Below, piece by piece: positions 14,476-24,017 of a stretch of 25,754 nucleotides of DNA; position 1 is the stretch's first letter; the number at the start of each line of letters is the position of its first letter. This DNA is from a virus (Duplodnaviria > Heunggongvirae > Uroviricota > Caudoviricetes), in the IMG/VR virus record IMGVR_UViG_2740892213_000014; one strand, given 5' to 3'. The translations under genes were made by a program, and so were the position numbers. The notes below the pieces were generated by a model that ran no database searches, was not told the DNA's origin, and saw nothing but the letters and a program-made list of their open reading frames with translations.

Positions 14476-15312
14476 ATGGCTAATGAAAAAAAGACATCCC
14501 GCAAAAAGTTTCGCGTGGCTGTCTCCGGATCAACTGTTGATGGCCGCGAAATCAGTCCGGTGCATCTGCGTGAAGCCGCCGAGAACTTCAACCCGGATGT
14601 TTACGCCGCCCGCGTGAACGTTGAGCACTATCTCTCGCCATGCCCGTCAAGCGAATTTTCCGCAATGGGCGATGTCACCGCGCTGAGTACGGAAGACATT
14701 ACGGAAGGTCCGCTGGCCGGACGTACTGCGCTGTATGCAGAAATCGAACCGACCGAGCGCATGAAGCAGCTTGTCGCGGACGGCAAGAAAATCTATTCCA
14801 GTATCGAATTGCACCCGCAGTTCTCCGTTAACGGGCGCGCCTATCTGGTCGGGCTGGCGATGACCGACACCCCGGCAAGCCTGGGCACTGAACGCCTGAA
14901 ATTCACGGCACAGCAACGTCAGGCGGTGATGACGTTCAACAGTGTCCAGGGTGAAGCACCGCTTATCTCCGAAGCCATCGAGTCTGAAATCATCGAAATG
15001 GCAGAACAACGCCAGGAAGAAGGCACCCAGTGGTTTAACCGCGTAATGGGGATTATTGGCCGTGGCCGCAAAGCGGATGACGCCAGTTTCTCCCGTATTC
15101 AGGAAGCGGTGGAAGGCGTCGCAACGTCACAGGCCGACATTATCGACCGTTTTAATGCGCTGGAAACCCGCCATCAGCAGGACAGCCAGAAAATCACTTT
15201 ACTGACCACAGAGCTGACAGCACTGAAGGAAAAACTGCGCACGCAGGACGGCGATCCGCAGAACCGGTTCACCGCAACGGGCGCAGCCTCCGATCAACTG
15301 GCTGACTTCTGA
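14476..15312 (+). CDS. O: Capsid scaffolding protein, P2 gpO family
   Basis: Start moved to ATG 14476 (MANEKKTSRKKF…) with AGAGGGG RBS; size and position between P and N. Confidence 0.85.
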   Translation: MANEKKTSRKKFRVAVSGSTVDGREISPVHLREAAENFNPDVYAARVNVEHYLSPCPSSEFSAMGDVTALSTEDITEGPLAGRTALYAEIEPTERMKQLVADGKKIYSSIELHPQFSVNGRAYLVGLAMTDTPASLGTERLKFTAQQRQAVMTFNSVQGEAPLISEAIESEIIEMAEQRQEEGTQWFNRVMGIIGRGRKADDASFSRIQEAVEGVATSQADIIDRFNALETRHQQDSQKITLLTTELTALKEKLRTQDGDPQNRFTATGAASDQLADF

Positions 15313-15335
15313 TAAGACAAAGGAGCAAATTTTTT

Positions 15336-16388
15336 ATGAATCTGGTGATGTCAGATATTACCCGCAACAAGCTGGGTTGCTATATGGCGCAGCAGGCGTC
15401 GCTTAACAATATCCCGGTTTCCGCACTGGTATCGCGATTTACCGTGGAACCCGCGGTGCAGCAACGTTTTGAAAACGCCTCAAAGGAAAGTACCGAATTT
15501 ACGAAAAGAATTAACGTGATCGGCGTGACCGACCAGAAAGGCGAAAAAATCCTCCCGGACACCACCGGGCCAATTGCGCGCACGAATAGCAGTTATGACG
15601 GCATCAAACGCCGTAACCCGAATAACGTGATCGATATGAAGTCTCGTCAGTACCAGTGCGAACAGGTGAACTACGATACCTTTATTTCGTACCCACAGCT
15701 TGATACCTGGGCGGCCCACAGCGATTTTCAGTCCCGTATCAGTACACAGATCGCCCGGCAGGTAGCGCTTGATCGCATCATGATTGGCTTTAACGGCACA
15801 TCCCACGCCTACGAGTCTGATTTTCACACCAACAAGCTGCTTCAGGACGTAAACGTGGGCTGGCTGGAGCACATCAGAACCGATGCCAGCGAGCGCGTAA
15901 TGAATGACGTGACGCTGACCTCCCGCAACATGGACAACACTGTGGCGCACGCGGGTAAGTATGCGAATGCCGATGCTCTGGTACAGGATGCGCGCTCATC
16001 CCTGCTGGATGAATGGCACAAGGAAGCTGACGACCTCGTGGTGATTATGGGGCGCAACCTGTTTAACTCGCTGCGTCTGCCCGTGCTGAACAGCATCAGC
16101 GGCCAGAATCCCAATGCGGAATTACTTGCCGGGCAGCTCATCCTGTCATCGCGCACCATTGGCGGGCTGGGCGTGTTCCTTGCGCCGTTCTTCCCGGATG
16201 CAACGATGCTTATCACCTCGTTCAACAACCTGTCGATTTACTGGCAGAAAGGTTCAATGCGTCGCCTGATGAAAGACGAGCCGGAATACAACCGCATCGC
16301 CACCTACCAGTCCATCAATGACGCTTATGTCGTTGAAGACTATGGCAAGTGCGCGATGATCACTGGCCTGAAGTTCGCCGACAGCTAA
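15336..16388 (+). CDS. N: Major capsid protein, P2 gpN family, 350 aa
   Basis: ORF track; AAGGAG RBS; size and synteny. Confidence 0.88.
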   Translation: MNLVMSDITRNKLGCYMAQQASLNNIPVSALVSRFTVEPAVQQRFENASKESTEFTKRINVIGVTDQKGEKILPDTTGPIARTNSSYDGIKRRNPNNVIDMKSRQYQCEQVNYDTFISYPQLDTWAAHSDFQSRISTQIARQVALDRIMIGFNGTSHAYESDFHTNKLLQDVNVGWLEHIRTDASERVMNDVTLTSRNMDNTVAHAGKYANADALVQDARSSLLDEWHKEADDLVVIMGRNLFNSLRLPVLNSISGQNPNAELLAGQLILSSRTIGGLGVFLAPFFPDATMLITSFNNLSIYWQKGSMRRLMKDEPEYNRIATYQSINDAYVVEDYGKCAMITGLKFADS

Positions 16389-16433
16389 TCAACTCACGGC
16401 GGGCATCATGCCCGCCTGTAACGGAGAGAAAAA

Positions 16434-17234
16434 ATGATTACTCCTGCACAACAACACTGGCAGAACGTGATGGCACAGCGCGCAGGCCGGGCGAATGAAG
16501 GTGTGGACCACGCCGCGCGTACCGCGCATGAAGAGGTGCTGTATCGTCTGCGTCTGGCACAGGCCAGGCTAAAGGGCGTACAGGCCAGAAGCGCGAAAGC
16601 CGCCATCAAAAAAGAGTTGTTGCCGGACTTTTCCGGCTGGATTGAGGGAACGCTGGAGACTGACGGCGGGCAACAGGACGAAGTAATTGCCACGCTGATG
16701 GTGTGGGCGATTGACTGCGGCGATCTTCCGCTGGCGCTGCGTATTGGTGCATATGTGGTCCGTCACAACCTCATCATGCCGGATAACTTTGGCCGTACTG
16801 CTGCCACGGTACTGACCGAAGAAATCTGCAACCCGGTACTGACGCAGGCCGGGACGGATGCCGACGCGGATTTATCCGCCTTTATCGAACCACTGGACAC
16901 ACTTTGGGAAATTGTCGCCAACCAGGACATGCCGGACGAAGTGCGCGCCAAATTATGCAAGGCGTGTGCCTTTGCCCGTCGTGGCCTGACCGATGCAGAC
17001 AACATGGCCTCATCACTGAAGCTGCTGCGCGAAGCGATGCACCTGAACCCGAACGCAGGTGTGAAACGCGAGATTGCAACCCTTTCCCGCGCCCTGAAAA
17101 AAGCCGATTCCGCAGCCGCACCAGAAGACGCCAGCGCACAGCAGACGCAGGACGAAAGCAGCAAAAGTAAAAAGACAACGCAGAAGCCTGCAACACGAAA
17201 AACCACCGCGACGCAGAAAGCAAAGCGCGGTTAA
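16434..17234 (+). CDS. M: Terminase small/endonuclease subunit, P2 gpM family
   Basis: ORF track; ACGGAGAG RBS; position after N; basic low-complexity C-terminal tail. Confidence 0.82.
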   Translation: MITPAQQHWQNVMAQRAGRANEGVDHAARTAHEEVLYRLRLAQARLKGVQARSAKAAIKKELLPDFSGWIEGTLETDGGQQDEVIATLMVWAIDCGDLPLALRIGAYVVRHNLIMPDNFGRTAATVLTEEICNPVLTQAGTDADADLSAFIEPLDTLWEIVANQDMPDEVRAKLCKACAFARRGLTDADNMASSLKLLREAMHLNPNAGVKREIATLSRALKKADSAAAPEDASAQQTQDESSKSKKTTQKPATRKTTATQKAKRG

Positions 17235-17250
17235 CGACTGACCCCGTCAG

Positions 17251-17321
17251 CGGGCGGCGTGCGCGGTGTTCCGGTTTGACTCCGTGACCGTTTACACCGC
17301 GCACCCACCGCCCGATTTTTT
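17251..17321 (+). terminator. Large imperfect hairpin (CGGGCGG…GCGCGGTGT / ACACCGCGC…CCGCCCG) followed by TTTTTT, between M and L
   Basis: Read directly; possible attenuator inside the late operon. Confidence 0.35.
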
Positions 17322-17335
17322 CAGGAGTGAACCCC

Positions 17336-17830
17336 ATGAGTATGGTTGCCAGAACTAACCCCGGCCCCGCAGAGGACGACATCACCGACACCGATGATGG
17401 CGATACCCGTATTTCAGCGGGTGCATTCTGGCCGGATATTGTGCTGCGCGAGCTGCGTCTGGCGGTACGACTGCCGGGCCGCGTGACCACCTCCCGCCTG
17501 CTGCATACCGCCACCGGGGCCATAGCACACGTTACCCGCGAGCTGGAAGCATGGCAGCAGGAACAACAGGCGGCTGGCTATCAGACGCTGGCCGATGTTC
17601 CGGCCCCTGTAATTAACGGAGAAAGCGTCAATCTCTGGCACTGGCGCAATGCTGTTTATACCGCCACACGCGCCCTGATTCTGGAGCGTTACCGCGATGC
17701 GGACACAACGGACAAGGGCGACCGCCGGGCGGACGCACTGGATATACAGACATCGGATTTGTGGCGCGATGTGAGCTGGGCCATCTCTGACATTCTGGGA
17801 CGACCGCGAATGTTTGCGGAGCTGTGCTGA
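17336..17830 (+). CDS. L: Head completion/stabilisation protein, P2 gpL family
   Basis: Start at first ATG 17336, 8 nt after AGGAG; size and synteny. Confidence 0.82.
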   Translation: MSMVARTNPGPAEDDITDTDDGDTRISAGAFWPDIVLRELRLAVRLPGRVTTSRLLHTATGAIAHVTRELEAWQQEQQAAGYQTLADVPAPVINGESVNLWHWRNAVYTATRALILERYRDADTTDKGDRRADALDIQTSDLWRDVSWAISDILGRPRMFAELC

Positions 17831-18030
17831 TGAAAGTGAAGGCACTGGAAGGCGACACCGTGGATTCGCTCTGTTTCCGGTACTACGGCACGACACAGGG
17901 CGTCACCGAAAAGGTGCTGGATGCCAACCCCGGACTCTGTCAGCAGGTATTTCTGGACGCCGGGCAGGAAGTGGAGATGCCGGAGCCGGAGAAGAAGAAA
18001 CGAGAAATGATTCAGTTGTGGGGGGAGTAG
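17830..18030 (+). CDS. X: Tail protein X, P2 gpX family, 66 aa
   Basis: Start ATG 17830 overlaps L stop (TGATG). Sequence MKVKALEGDTVDSLCFRYYG… resembles P2 X as recalled. Confidence 0.75.
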   Translation: MKVKALEGDTVDSLCFRYYGTTQGVTEKVLDANPGLCQQVFLDAGQEVEMPEPEKKKREMIQLWGE

Positions 18031-18032
18031 CA

Positions 18033-18356
18033 GTGAGCACCATTCAAACAGGGATCACAGAGCAGGTTATTGCGTGGCTCTTTGACCACCTGCCAACGGT
18101 GTATGCAGTAGGCGCGGCGGTCAGCATTTCCGCGCTGATGAGTCTTTATGACGGACGAACACTGGTTCAGACCGTAACGGGATCGCTGGCGTGCGGCGTT
18201 CTTGCCATGGCCGTGGCCGGGTCGCTGCGCTTCTTCGGGATCCCTGAGGATGCAGTGACGTTTTTTGGTGCCTCAATCGGTTTTATGGGCGCAGAGAAAG
18301 CACGCGACAAGGTTATTGCAATATTTGATCGCAGGGTGAAGGAGAGGAACGAATGA
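18033..18356 (+). CDS. Y: Holin-like membrane protein, 107 aa (P2 Y position)
   Basis: GTG start at 18033 preceded by GGGGGAG; hydrophobic segments; stop overlaps endolysin start (ATGA). Confidence 0.6.
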   Translation: MSTIQTGITEQVIAWLFDHLPTVYAVGAAVSISALMSLYDGRTLVQTVTGSLACGVLAMAVAGSLRFFGIPEDAVTFFGASIGFMGAEKARDKVIAIFDRRVKERNE

Positions 18357-18745
18357 GCAACACATTTAAATTCAGCAGCCGGAGCGAAAAGAATTTGCAG
18401 GGTGTAAATCCTGATCTGGTGAAAGTGACCCGACGGGCGCTGGAAATCTCGGAAGTGGATTTTGGTATCACCGAAGGATTGCGCAGTCGTTATCGTCAGA
18501 AGCAGCTCGTGACCACAGGCAAGAGCCAGACCATGAACAGTCGCCATCTCACAGGGCATGCCGTGGATGTTGTGGCTTATGTCGGCAACCAGGTGTCATG
18601 GGAATGGCCGCTGTACGAAAAAATCGCAGCAGCATTCAGACAGGCCAGCCAGGAACTGAATATTCCGGTGGAATGGGGCGGCGACTGGAAGACCCTGAAA
18701 GACGGACCGCATTTTCAGTTACCACACGGAGCCTATCCGGCATGA
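18353..18745 (+). CDS. Endolysin, peptidase M15 family (L-alanyl-D-glutamate peptidase type)
   Basis: Motif SRHLTGHAVDV matches the zinc-binding signature of M15 peptidases; sits in the lysis cassette between holin and spanins. Confidence 0.8.
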   Translation: MSNTFKFSSRSEKNLQGVNPDLVKVTRRALEISEVDFGITEGLRSRYRQKQLVTTGKSQTMNSRHLTGHAVDVVAYVGNQVSWEWPLYEKIAAAFRQASQELNIPVEWGGDWKTLKDGPHFQLPHGAYPA

Positions 18746-19137
18746 AGCTCTGGCCCACGCTTGGCGTCGCTTTCCTTCTGATTACATCCATGCGTCTGTC
18801 GTGGTCGCTGGGCCGGGAGAACGCCAGAAACGAAGCGCAGGCCAGCACCCTGAAAAGTACCGTCGACACACTGAATATCATCAGCGCCGGGGTACAGGAT
18901 ATGCAGCAGGTGCTGGCTCAGCTCCGCGCGGAAAATCAGCAACGCAATCAGGACGGAGAGGTAAGACGTGAACAGCTACGCAACGATATTGCAAAAGATG
19001 AATGCGCCCACGCTTTGCCTGACGCTCGTTTTACTGACAGGTTGCGCAGGCACGCAGAACGCGCCAGGGCCAGCGCCGTCAGTCCGGCTTATACCGCAGA
19101 CGCTGACCATGCCGGTAACGCCTCCCCCCTTCCCTGA
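18742..19137 (+). CDS. lysB: i-spanin (Rz / LysB-like), 131 aa
   Basis: Start moved to ATG 18742 (MKLWPTLGVAFLLITSM…), overlapping endolysin stop (ATGA). N-terminal TM helix followed by coiled-coil-like Q/R-rich region. Confidence 0.7.
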   Translation: MKLWPTLGVAFLLITSMRLSWSLGRENARNEAQASTLKSTVDTLNIISAGVQDMQQVLAQLRAENQQRNQDGEVRREQLRNDIAKDECAHALPDARFTDRLRRHAERARASAVSPAYTADADHAGNASPLP

Positions 19138-19279
19138 CCCACCCACATGGGGAAACCTCGGAATATGGGGCGACCGCCTTCTGGATGCACTGGAAACCTG
19201 TAACGCGGATAAACGGGCCATTGCTGAACTGGATAAGAGAATAGCCGAACTGACACACCAGACGGGAGTAACACAATGA
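18998..19279 (+). CDS. lysC: o-spanin (Rz1 / LysC-like) lipoprotein, starts embedded in lysB in a different frame
   Basis: Start moved to ATG 18998 (MNAPTLCLTLVLLTGCAG…); lipobox LLTGC; proline-rich mature part. Confidence 0.65.
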   Translation: MNAPTLCLTLVLLTGCAGTQNAPGPAPSVRLIPQTLTMPVTPPPFPDPPTWGNLGIWGDRLLDALETCNADKRAIAELDKRIAELTHQTGVTQ

Positions 19280-21073
19280 CCAGTAAGAACTTTGCACTGA
19301 TTACAGCCATGACACAGGCTGAACTGACTCAAAAGGTGAATGAACATCTTGCGAAAGGGTGGCATCTTCAGGGGGAGACGCGGGTTGCCTACGAACCCGG
19401 CACCCCGTGGTATCTAATGCAGGCAATGGTGGCCGATGGCACTACAGACATCTCACCTGATTCCCCCCAGCACGGCAGCGTGCCGGAGTGGTATTACGTG
19501 GTGGTACTTGCTGGTCAATCCAATGCCATGTCATATGGTGAGGGAATGCCGCTGCCGGATTCTTACGATGCGCCCCACCCACGCATTAAGCAACTGGCCC
19601 GTCGCAACACAGTGACTCCCGGTGGTAAAGCATGCGCATTTAACGACATCATTCCGGCAGACCACTGCCTGCATGATGTTCAGGATATGAGCGCACTGAA
19701 TCACCCGAATGCAGACCTGAGCAAAGGGCAGTATGGCTGTGTCGGACAGGGCTTGCATATTGCCAAACGCCTGTTGCCTTACATTCCACAGAATGCCGGG
19801 ATTTTACTGGTTCCATGCTGTCGTGGTGGTTCGGCATTCACCCAGGGCGCGGAGGGGACATTCAGCGAGTCCACAGGAGCCAGTCAGGATTCGGCTCGCT
19901 GGGGTGTGGGTAAACCTTTATATCAGGACCTGATTTTGCGCACGAAGGCCGCATTGCAGAAAAACCCAAAAAACATGCTGCTGGCCGTATGCTGGATGCA
20001 GGGCGAATTTGACATGAGCGCCGCTACGTACTCACAGCAACCTCCGCTGTTTACGGCCATGCTGAAACAGTTTCGTGCGGACATTACCGAGTTTAACACG
20101 CAGTGTCATGGAGGCAGAGCGGCAAGTGTGCCATGGATTTGTGGTGACACGACGTATTACTGGAAAAACACCTACGGCACGCAGTACGACACCATTTACG
20201 GGGCGTACAAAAACAGGGAGAGCGACAACGTTTTCTTTGTGCCGTTCCTGACCGATGGTAGTGGCAACAATACCTCCACCAACGCACCAACGGAAGATCC
20301 GGATGCTGCAAGTGAGGGATATTACGGTTCGGCATCCCGAACGAACAAAAACTGGGTATCATCAAATCGCCAGACGCATTTCAGCTCATGGGCGCGTCGT
20401 GGCATTATTCCCGATCGTATGGCAACCGCTATTCTGAACGTAGCCGGTCGCACCTTAGCCTTCATCAGTGGTAAGGCACCGGAAATCAAACCCTCGCCCG
20501 GCGGCGACACGCCATCGGGGCCGTCTGAAGATGCATCCGTACGCACAATCTCCCTGTTGCCGACAGCCGGAGATGCTGCTGCGCAGGGCTGGAGCATTAA
20601 GAATGGCGGAATTCAGTTGTCAGAGGGTGTATTTAAGATCACCAAGCAGAGCAATAAAACCTGGTCCCTGACGCGCCCGGTGGATGACGCAGTCTCCCTG
20701 CTGACACGGGGTGGCAGACTGAGCTGTAAGTTTCGACTGTCAGGCGCACTGACCAACAATCAGTTCGGTCTGGGAATTTATCTGTATACCGATGTAGCGT
20801 TACCTGACGTCGTGGCGATGACCGGGACTGGTAACCCGTTCCTGATGTCGTTCTTCACCCNNNNNNNNNNNNNNNNNNNNNNNNNNNNNNNNNNNNNGCA
20901 GTGCCACGGTTACTCCGAAACTGAATGGAGTGGCTGGCCCGGCATTCCAGGTCATAAAAGACAGTCTGACACTGGGGCTGAATGCGCTGACGTTAACTGA
21001 TATCACTAAAAATGCCGCGTACGGCGTCGATATCGGCAGCCTGGTGCTGGAAATCAATAATCCCGCAGCATAA
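19276..21073 (+). CDS. NanS-p-like sialate O-acetylesterase (N-terminal DUF1737-like segment plus SASA/SGNH esterase domain); interrupted by N-gap, C-terminus re-framed
   Basis: N-terminus MTSKNFALITAMTQAELTQKVNEHLAKGWHLQGE and motif VVLAGQSNAMSYGEG (GQSN esterase block) as recalled for NanS-p of E. coli prophages. ATG 19276 overlaps lysC stop (ATGA). After the gap, frame 3 reads …SATVTPKLNGVAGPAFQVIKDSLTLGLNALTLTDITKNAAYGVDIGSLVLEINNPAA and stops at 21071-21073, just before the RBS of R. Confidence 0.65.
20861..20897. other. Run of 37 N (assembly gap or masked bases) inside the esterase gene
   Basis: Read directly; reading frame across it is undetermined. Confidence 0.99.
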
Positions 21074-21096
21074 GGAAGAGCAGGAGAGCAAAACAG

Positions 21097-21564
21097 ATGC
21101 TTAAGACAAACAGTCTGCGAGAGTCCATGCTTCATGGGTGTCGGTGGTGCCAGGCTAATCCCGAGAAATTCACCATTTTCGTGGAGAGCGGCAACATTGA
21201 AACGACCGGAGAAGCGCCCTCGTTTGTTTACCGCTATCAGATGGTGATGTTTGTCATGGATTACGCCGGAGAGCTGGACGACCTCACGCTGCCGCTGCTG
21301 GCGTGGTTATCCGAAAATCAGCCACAGTTGTTGCTCAATCCGGAGCGTAATCAGGACATCAAATTTTCTGCCGTTATCAATGACGATGACAGCGCCGATC
21401 TCCTGTTTACGCTCCCCCTGCGGGAACGCGTTCGCATCACGCGCAACAGTCAGGGCACACCGCAGGCAGAACACCTGCCGGAGCCAAAACCCCGTCTGCC
21501 TTCTTCCGAAGGCGACTGGTCGCATGTATTCCAGGATGTGACGTGGGGTGAAAGCGATGGATAA
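21097..21564 (+). CDS. R: Tail completion protein, P2 gpR family, 155 aa
   Basis: ORF track; AGGAGAG RBS; size and synteny. Confidence 0.82.
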   Translation: MLKTNSLRESMLHGCRWCQANPEKFTIFVESGNIETTGEAPSFVYRYQMVMFVMDYAGELDDLTLPLLAWLSENQPQLLLNPERNQDIKFSAVINDDDSADLLFTLPLRERVRITRNSQGTPQAEHLPEPKPRLPSSEGDWSHVFQDVTWGESDG

Positions 21565-22192
21565 GGCATTCACCCGCGTGGATGAAACCTTTGAGGCTAT
21601 CCGCGACAGCCTGAATCAGCAGGCCATCAATAACATCGCCAGAAAGCTGGCACAGGATTTACGTCGCGCCCAGCAGGCACGTATCCGGTCACAAAAAGCG
21701 CCGGACGGGACCGAATGGACACCACGCAGACGCCGCGTAACCCGGATACAGGAGCGCATTCGCTTTATCTGGAATAACGAAGCACGCACGCTGAAAAACT
21801 GGCATCACGACACAGGGAAATACGGGCGAACCATTACCGGGTGGGATGAGGATAAAAACAATATCCGCACGTTTTACCGGGATGACATCGACCGTTTTCT
21901 GGAAATACGCACCCGGCGCATCAACCAGGACAGCACAAAGCGCGTCCCCATGTTCGTAAAACTGCGCACCGCCCGCTACCTGAAAGCCCGTGCAGATGCC
22001 TCCGGTGTGACGGTGGGTTACAGCGGCGTGGCCGCACGTATTGCACGCGTTCATCAGTTCGGTGAGCGCGATCAGGTTGCGCCGGGCATTTTCACCGATT
22101 ACCCGGTACGTGAGCTGTTGGGTATCAGCCAGGCAGATGAGCGCCTGATTTATAACACGGTGCTGGGCCGGATTGCGGAGGCTGTACGGTGA
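21557..22192 (+). CDS. S: Tail completion / virion morphogenesis protein, P2 gpS family
   Basis: Start at ATG 21557 overlapping R 3' end by 8 nt; synteny. Confidence 0.75.
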   Translation: MDKAFTRVDETFEAIRDSLNQQAINNIARKLAQDLRRAQQARIRSQKAPDGTEWTPRRRRVTRIQERIRFIWNNEARTLKNWHHDTGKYGRTITGWDEDKNNIRTFYRDDIDRFLEIRTRRINQDSTKRVPMFVKLRTARYLKARADASGVTVGYSGVAARIARVHQFGERDQVAPGIFTDYPVRELLGISQADERLIYNTVLGRIAEAVR

Positions 22193-22770
22193 GCGCAGAA
22201 CTCATGCGACTGCTGAGCAACATCATCCGCACCGGGATCATCTCTGAAGTTGATGAGAAGTCCTGGCGCGTGCGCGTTCGCAGCGGCGAACTGGAAACAG
22301 GCTGGTTGCGCTGGAACACCACGCGCGCGGGAGCCTTCAATGTGTGGCTGCCGCCATCACCAGGCGAACAGGTGGTAATTGCCTGCATTGGCGGCAACCC
22401 GGAAACCGCCATGATAATTGGCAGCCTGTGGAGTGATGCCAGTCCGGCCCCCGGCAAAAGCCTGAAAGAAATCGTGGTCAGCGCGCCGGATGGCGCGGTG
22501 TTCCGCTACGACGCAGACGCTGGCGCACTGAGCGCCAGCGGCATGAAAACAGCCACCCTGCAGGCATCCGTCAGCGTGACACTGGATACGCCCGTCGTGG
22601 AATGCACAAACCTTCTGAGAACGGCGACGCTTGACGTCACAAAAGGGGGAAAGATGAGCGGCAATATCACGCACAGCGGCGGCAATTTCACCTCAAACGG
22701 CATTACCGTGCATACGCATAAGCACGGTGGCGTTAAAGGTGGCAGCGATTCGACAGGAGGCCCGCAGTGA
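22189..22770 (+). CDS. V: Baseplate central spike protein, P2 gpV family
   Basis: GTG start overlapping S stop (GTGA). N-terminus MSAELMRLLSNIIRTGII and C-terminal region HSGGNFTSNGITVHTHKHGG resemble P2 V as recalled. Confidence 0.85.
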   Translation: MSAELMRLLSNIIRTGIISEVDEKSWRVRVRSGELETGWLRWNTTRAGAFNVWLPPSPGEQVVIACIGGNPETAMIIGSLWSDASPAPGKSLKEIVVSAPDGAVFRYDADAGALSASGMKTATLQASVSVTLDTPVVECTNLLRTATLDVTKGGKMSGNITHSGGNFTSNGITVHTHKHGGVKGGSDSTGGPQ

Positions 22771-23117
22771 CAACCCGCTACACAGGAATGAACCCGGACG
22801 GGACGGGAAACCTGAACGATATGGAGCACCTGAAACAGTCAGTCAGGGACATCCTGATCACCCCGCTGGCAAGCCGGGTTATGCGACGGGAATATGGCAG
22901 CCTTGTGCCTGATTTGATTGACGAACCCATGAATAACACCACGCGTCTGCAATGCATGAGTGCTGCCGTGATTGCGCTGACACGATGGGAACCCCGCATT
23001 GCCCTGGACGCCATCGACGTTGTCTGGAAGGCAGGAGGCCGCGCCGGGGTGACGCTGTCGGGCACTGTCATGCAGACCATGCAGAATGTTGAATTAACCA
23101 TCACGCTAAGGGAGTAA
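22767..23117 (+). CDS. W: Baseplate wedge protein, P2 gpW (gp25-like) family
   Basis: GTG start overlapping V stop (GTGA). MTTRYTGMN… and VMRREYGS resemble P2 W as recalled. Confidence 0.85.
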   Translation: MTTRYTGMNPDGTGNLNDMEHLKQSVRDILITPLASRVMRREYGSLVPDLIDEPMNNTTRLQCMSAAVIALTRWEPRIALDAIDVVWKAGGRAGVTLSGTVMQTMQNVELTITLRE

Positions 23118-23120
23118 ATC

Positions 23121-24017
23121 ATGCCCGCCGTTGACCTTTCACAGTTACCGGACCCCGCCATCATCGCGGAGCCTGACTTTGAGGCAATTCTGGCTGACAC
23201 AAAGGCCATGATAATTGCGGCTTATCCCGCCGAACAGCGTGAAGCCGTTTCCGCCGCGCTGGAGCTGGAATCGGAACCCCTTAACGTTATCGCTCAAACC
23301 ATGTCTTTTCGTGAAATGCTGTTACGCCAGCGGGTTAACGAGGGGGCACGCGCCTGCATGTTAAGCCACAGCGCCGGGACAGACCTGGACAACCTCGCGG
23401 GCAATATGAACACAAAGCGCCTGGTTATCACTCCGGCAACGGATACCACCGACGCGGTGATGGAGAGCGACACCTCGCTGAGACTGCGGGCGCAGCGGGC
23501 GTATGACGGCCTGAGTGTTGCTGGCCCGTCAGGTGCATACGAGTATTTTGCACGCAGCGCCAACGGTCTGGTGCGTGATGCGCGGGCCATCAGCCCGTCT
23601 CCGGCCTGTGTGACGGTTTCCATTCTGTCCACTGAAGGCGACGGCACAGCAACGGAGGCGTTGCTTAATACCGTTCGCGCCGTTCTGAATGCAGAGGATA
23701 CCCGCCCGGTGGCCGACCGCCTGACGGTACAGAGCGCCAGCATCGTGACATGGCGGCTGAATGCAAAACTGTACTTTTATCCCGGCCCGGAATCCGAACC
23801 TATTCTGGCCGCGGCAGAATCGTCATTCAGGAAGTGGCTGGCTGAACAGGGGCTTATCGGTCAGGACGTGGCGTTGTCCGCCATTGCTGCCGCACTGCAT
23901 GTGCACGGTGTGCAACGCGTGGAGATAACCGAACCCACACAGAATATGGCCATCAGCGACATACAGGCGGCGCGCTGTGAGTCATTCACCATCAGCGAAG
24001 GTGGGCGCAATGAGTAA
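23121..24017 (+). CDS. J: Baseplate assembly protein, P2 gpJ family, 298 aa
   Basis: ORF track; size and synteny. Confidence 0.88.
   Translation: MPAVDLSQLPDPAIIAEPDFEAILADTKAMIIAAYPAEQREAVSAALELESEPLNVIAQTMSFREMLLRQRVNEGARACMLSHSAGTDLDNLAGNMNTKRLVITPATDTTDAVMESDTSLRLRAQRAYDGLSVAGPSGAYEYFARSANGLVRDARAISPSPACVTVSILSTEGDGTATEALLNTVRAVLNAEDTRPVADRLTVQSASIVTWRLNAKLYFYPGPESEPILAAAESSFRKWLAEQGLIGQDVALSAIAAALHVHGVQRVEITEPTQNMAISDIQAARCESFTISEGGRNE

Noticed and set aside
16882-17896. Minus-strand ORFs of 213 and 160 aa
   Set aside because: Antisense to M and L in the late operon; R/S/P-rich low-complexity translations.
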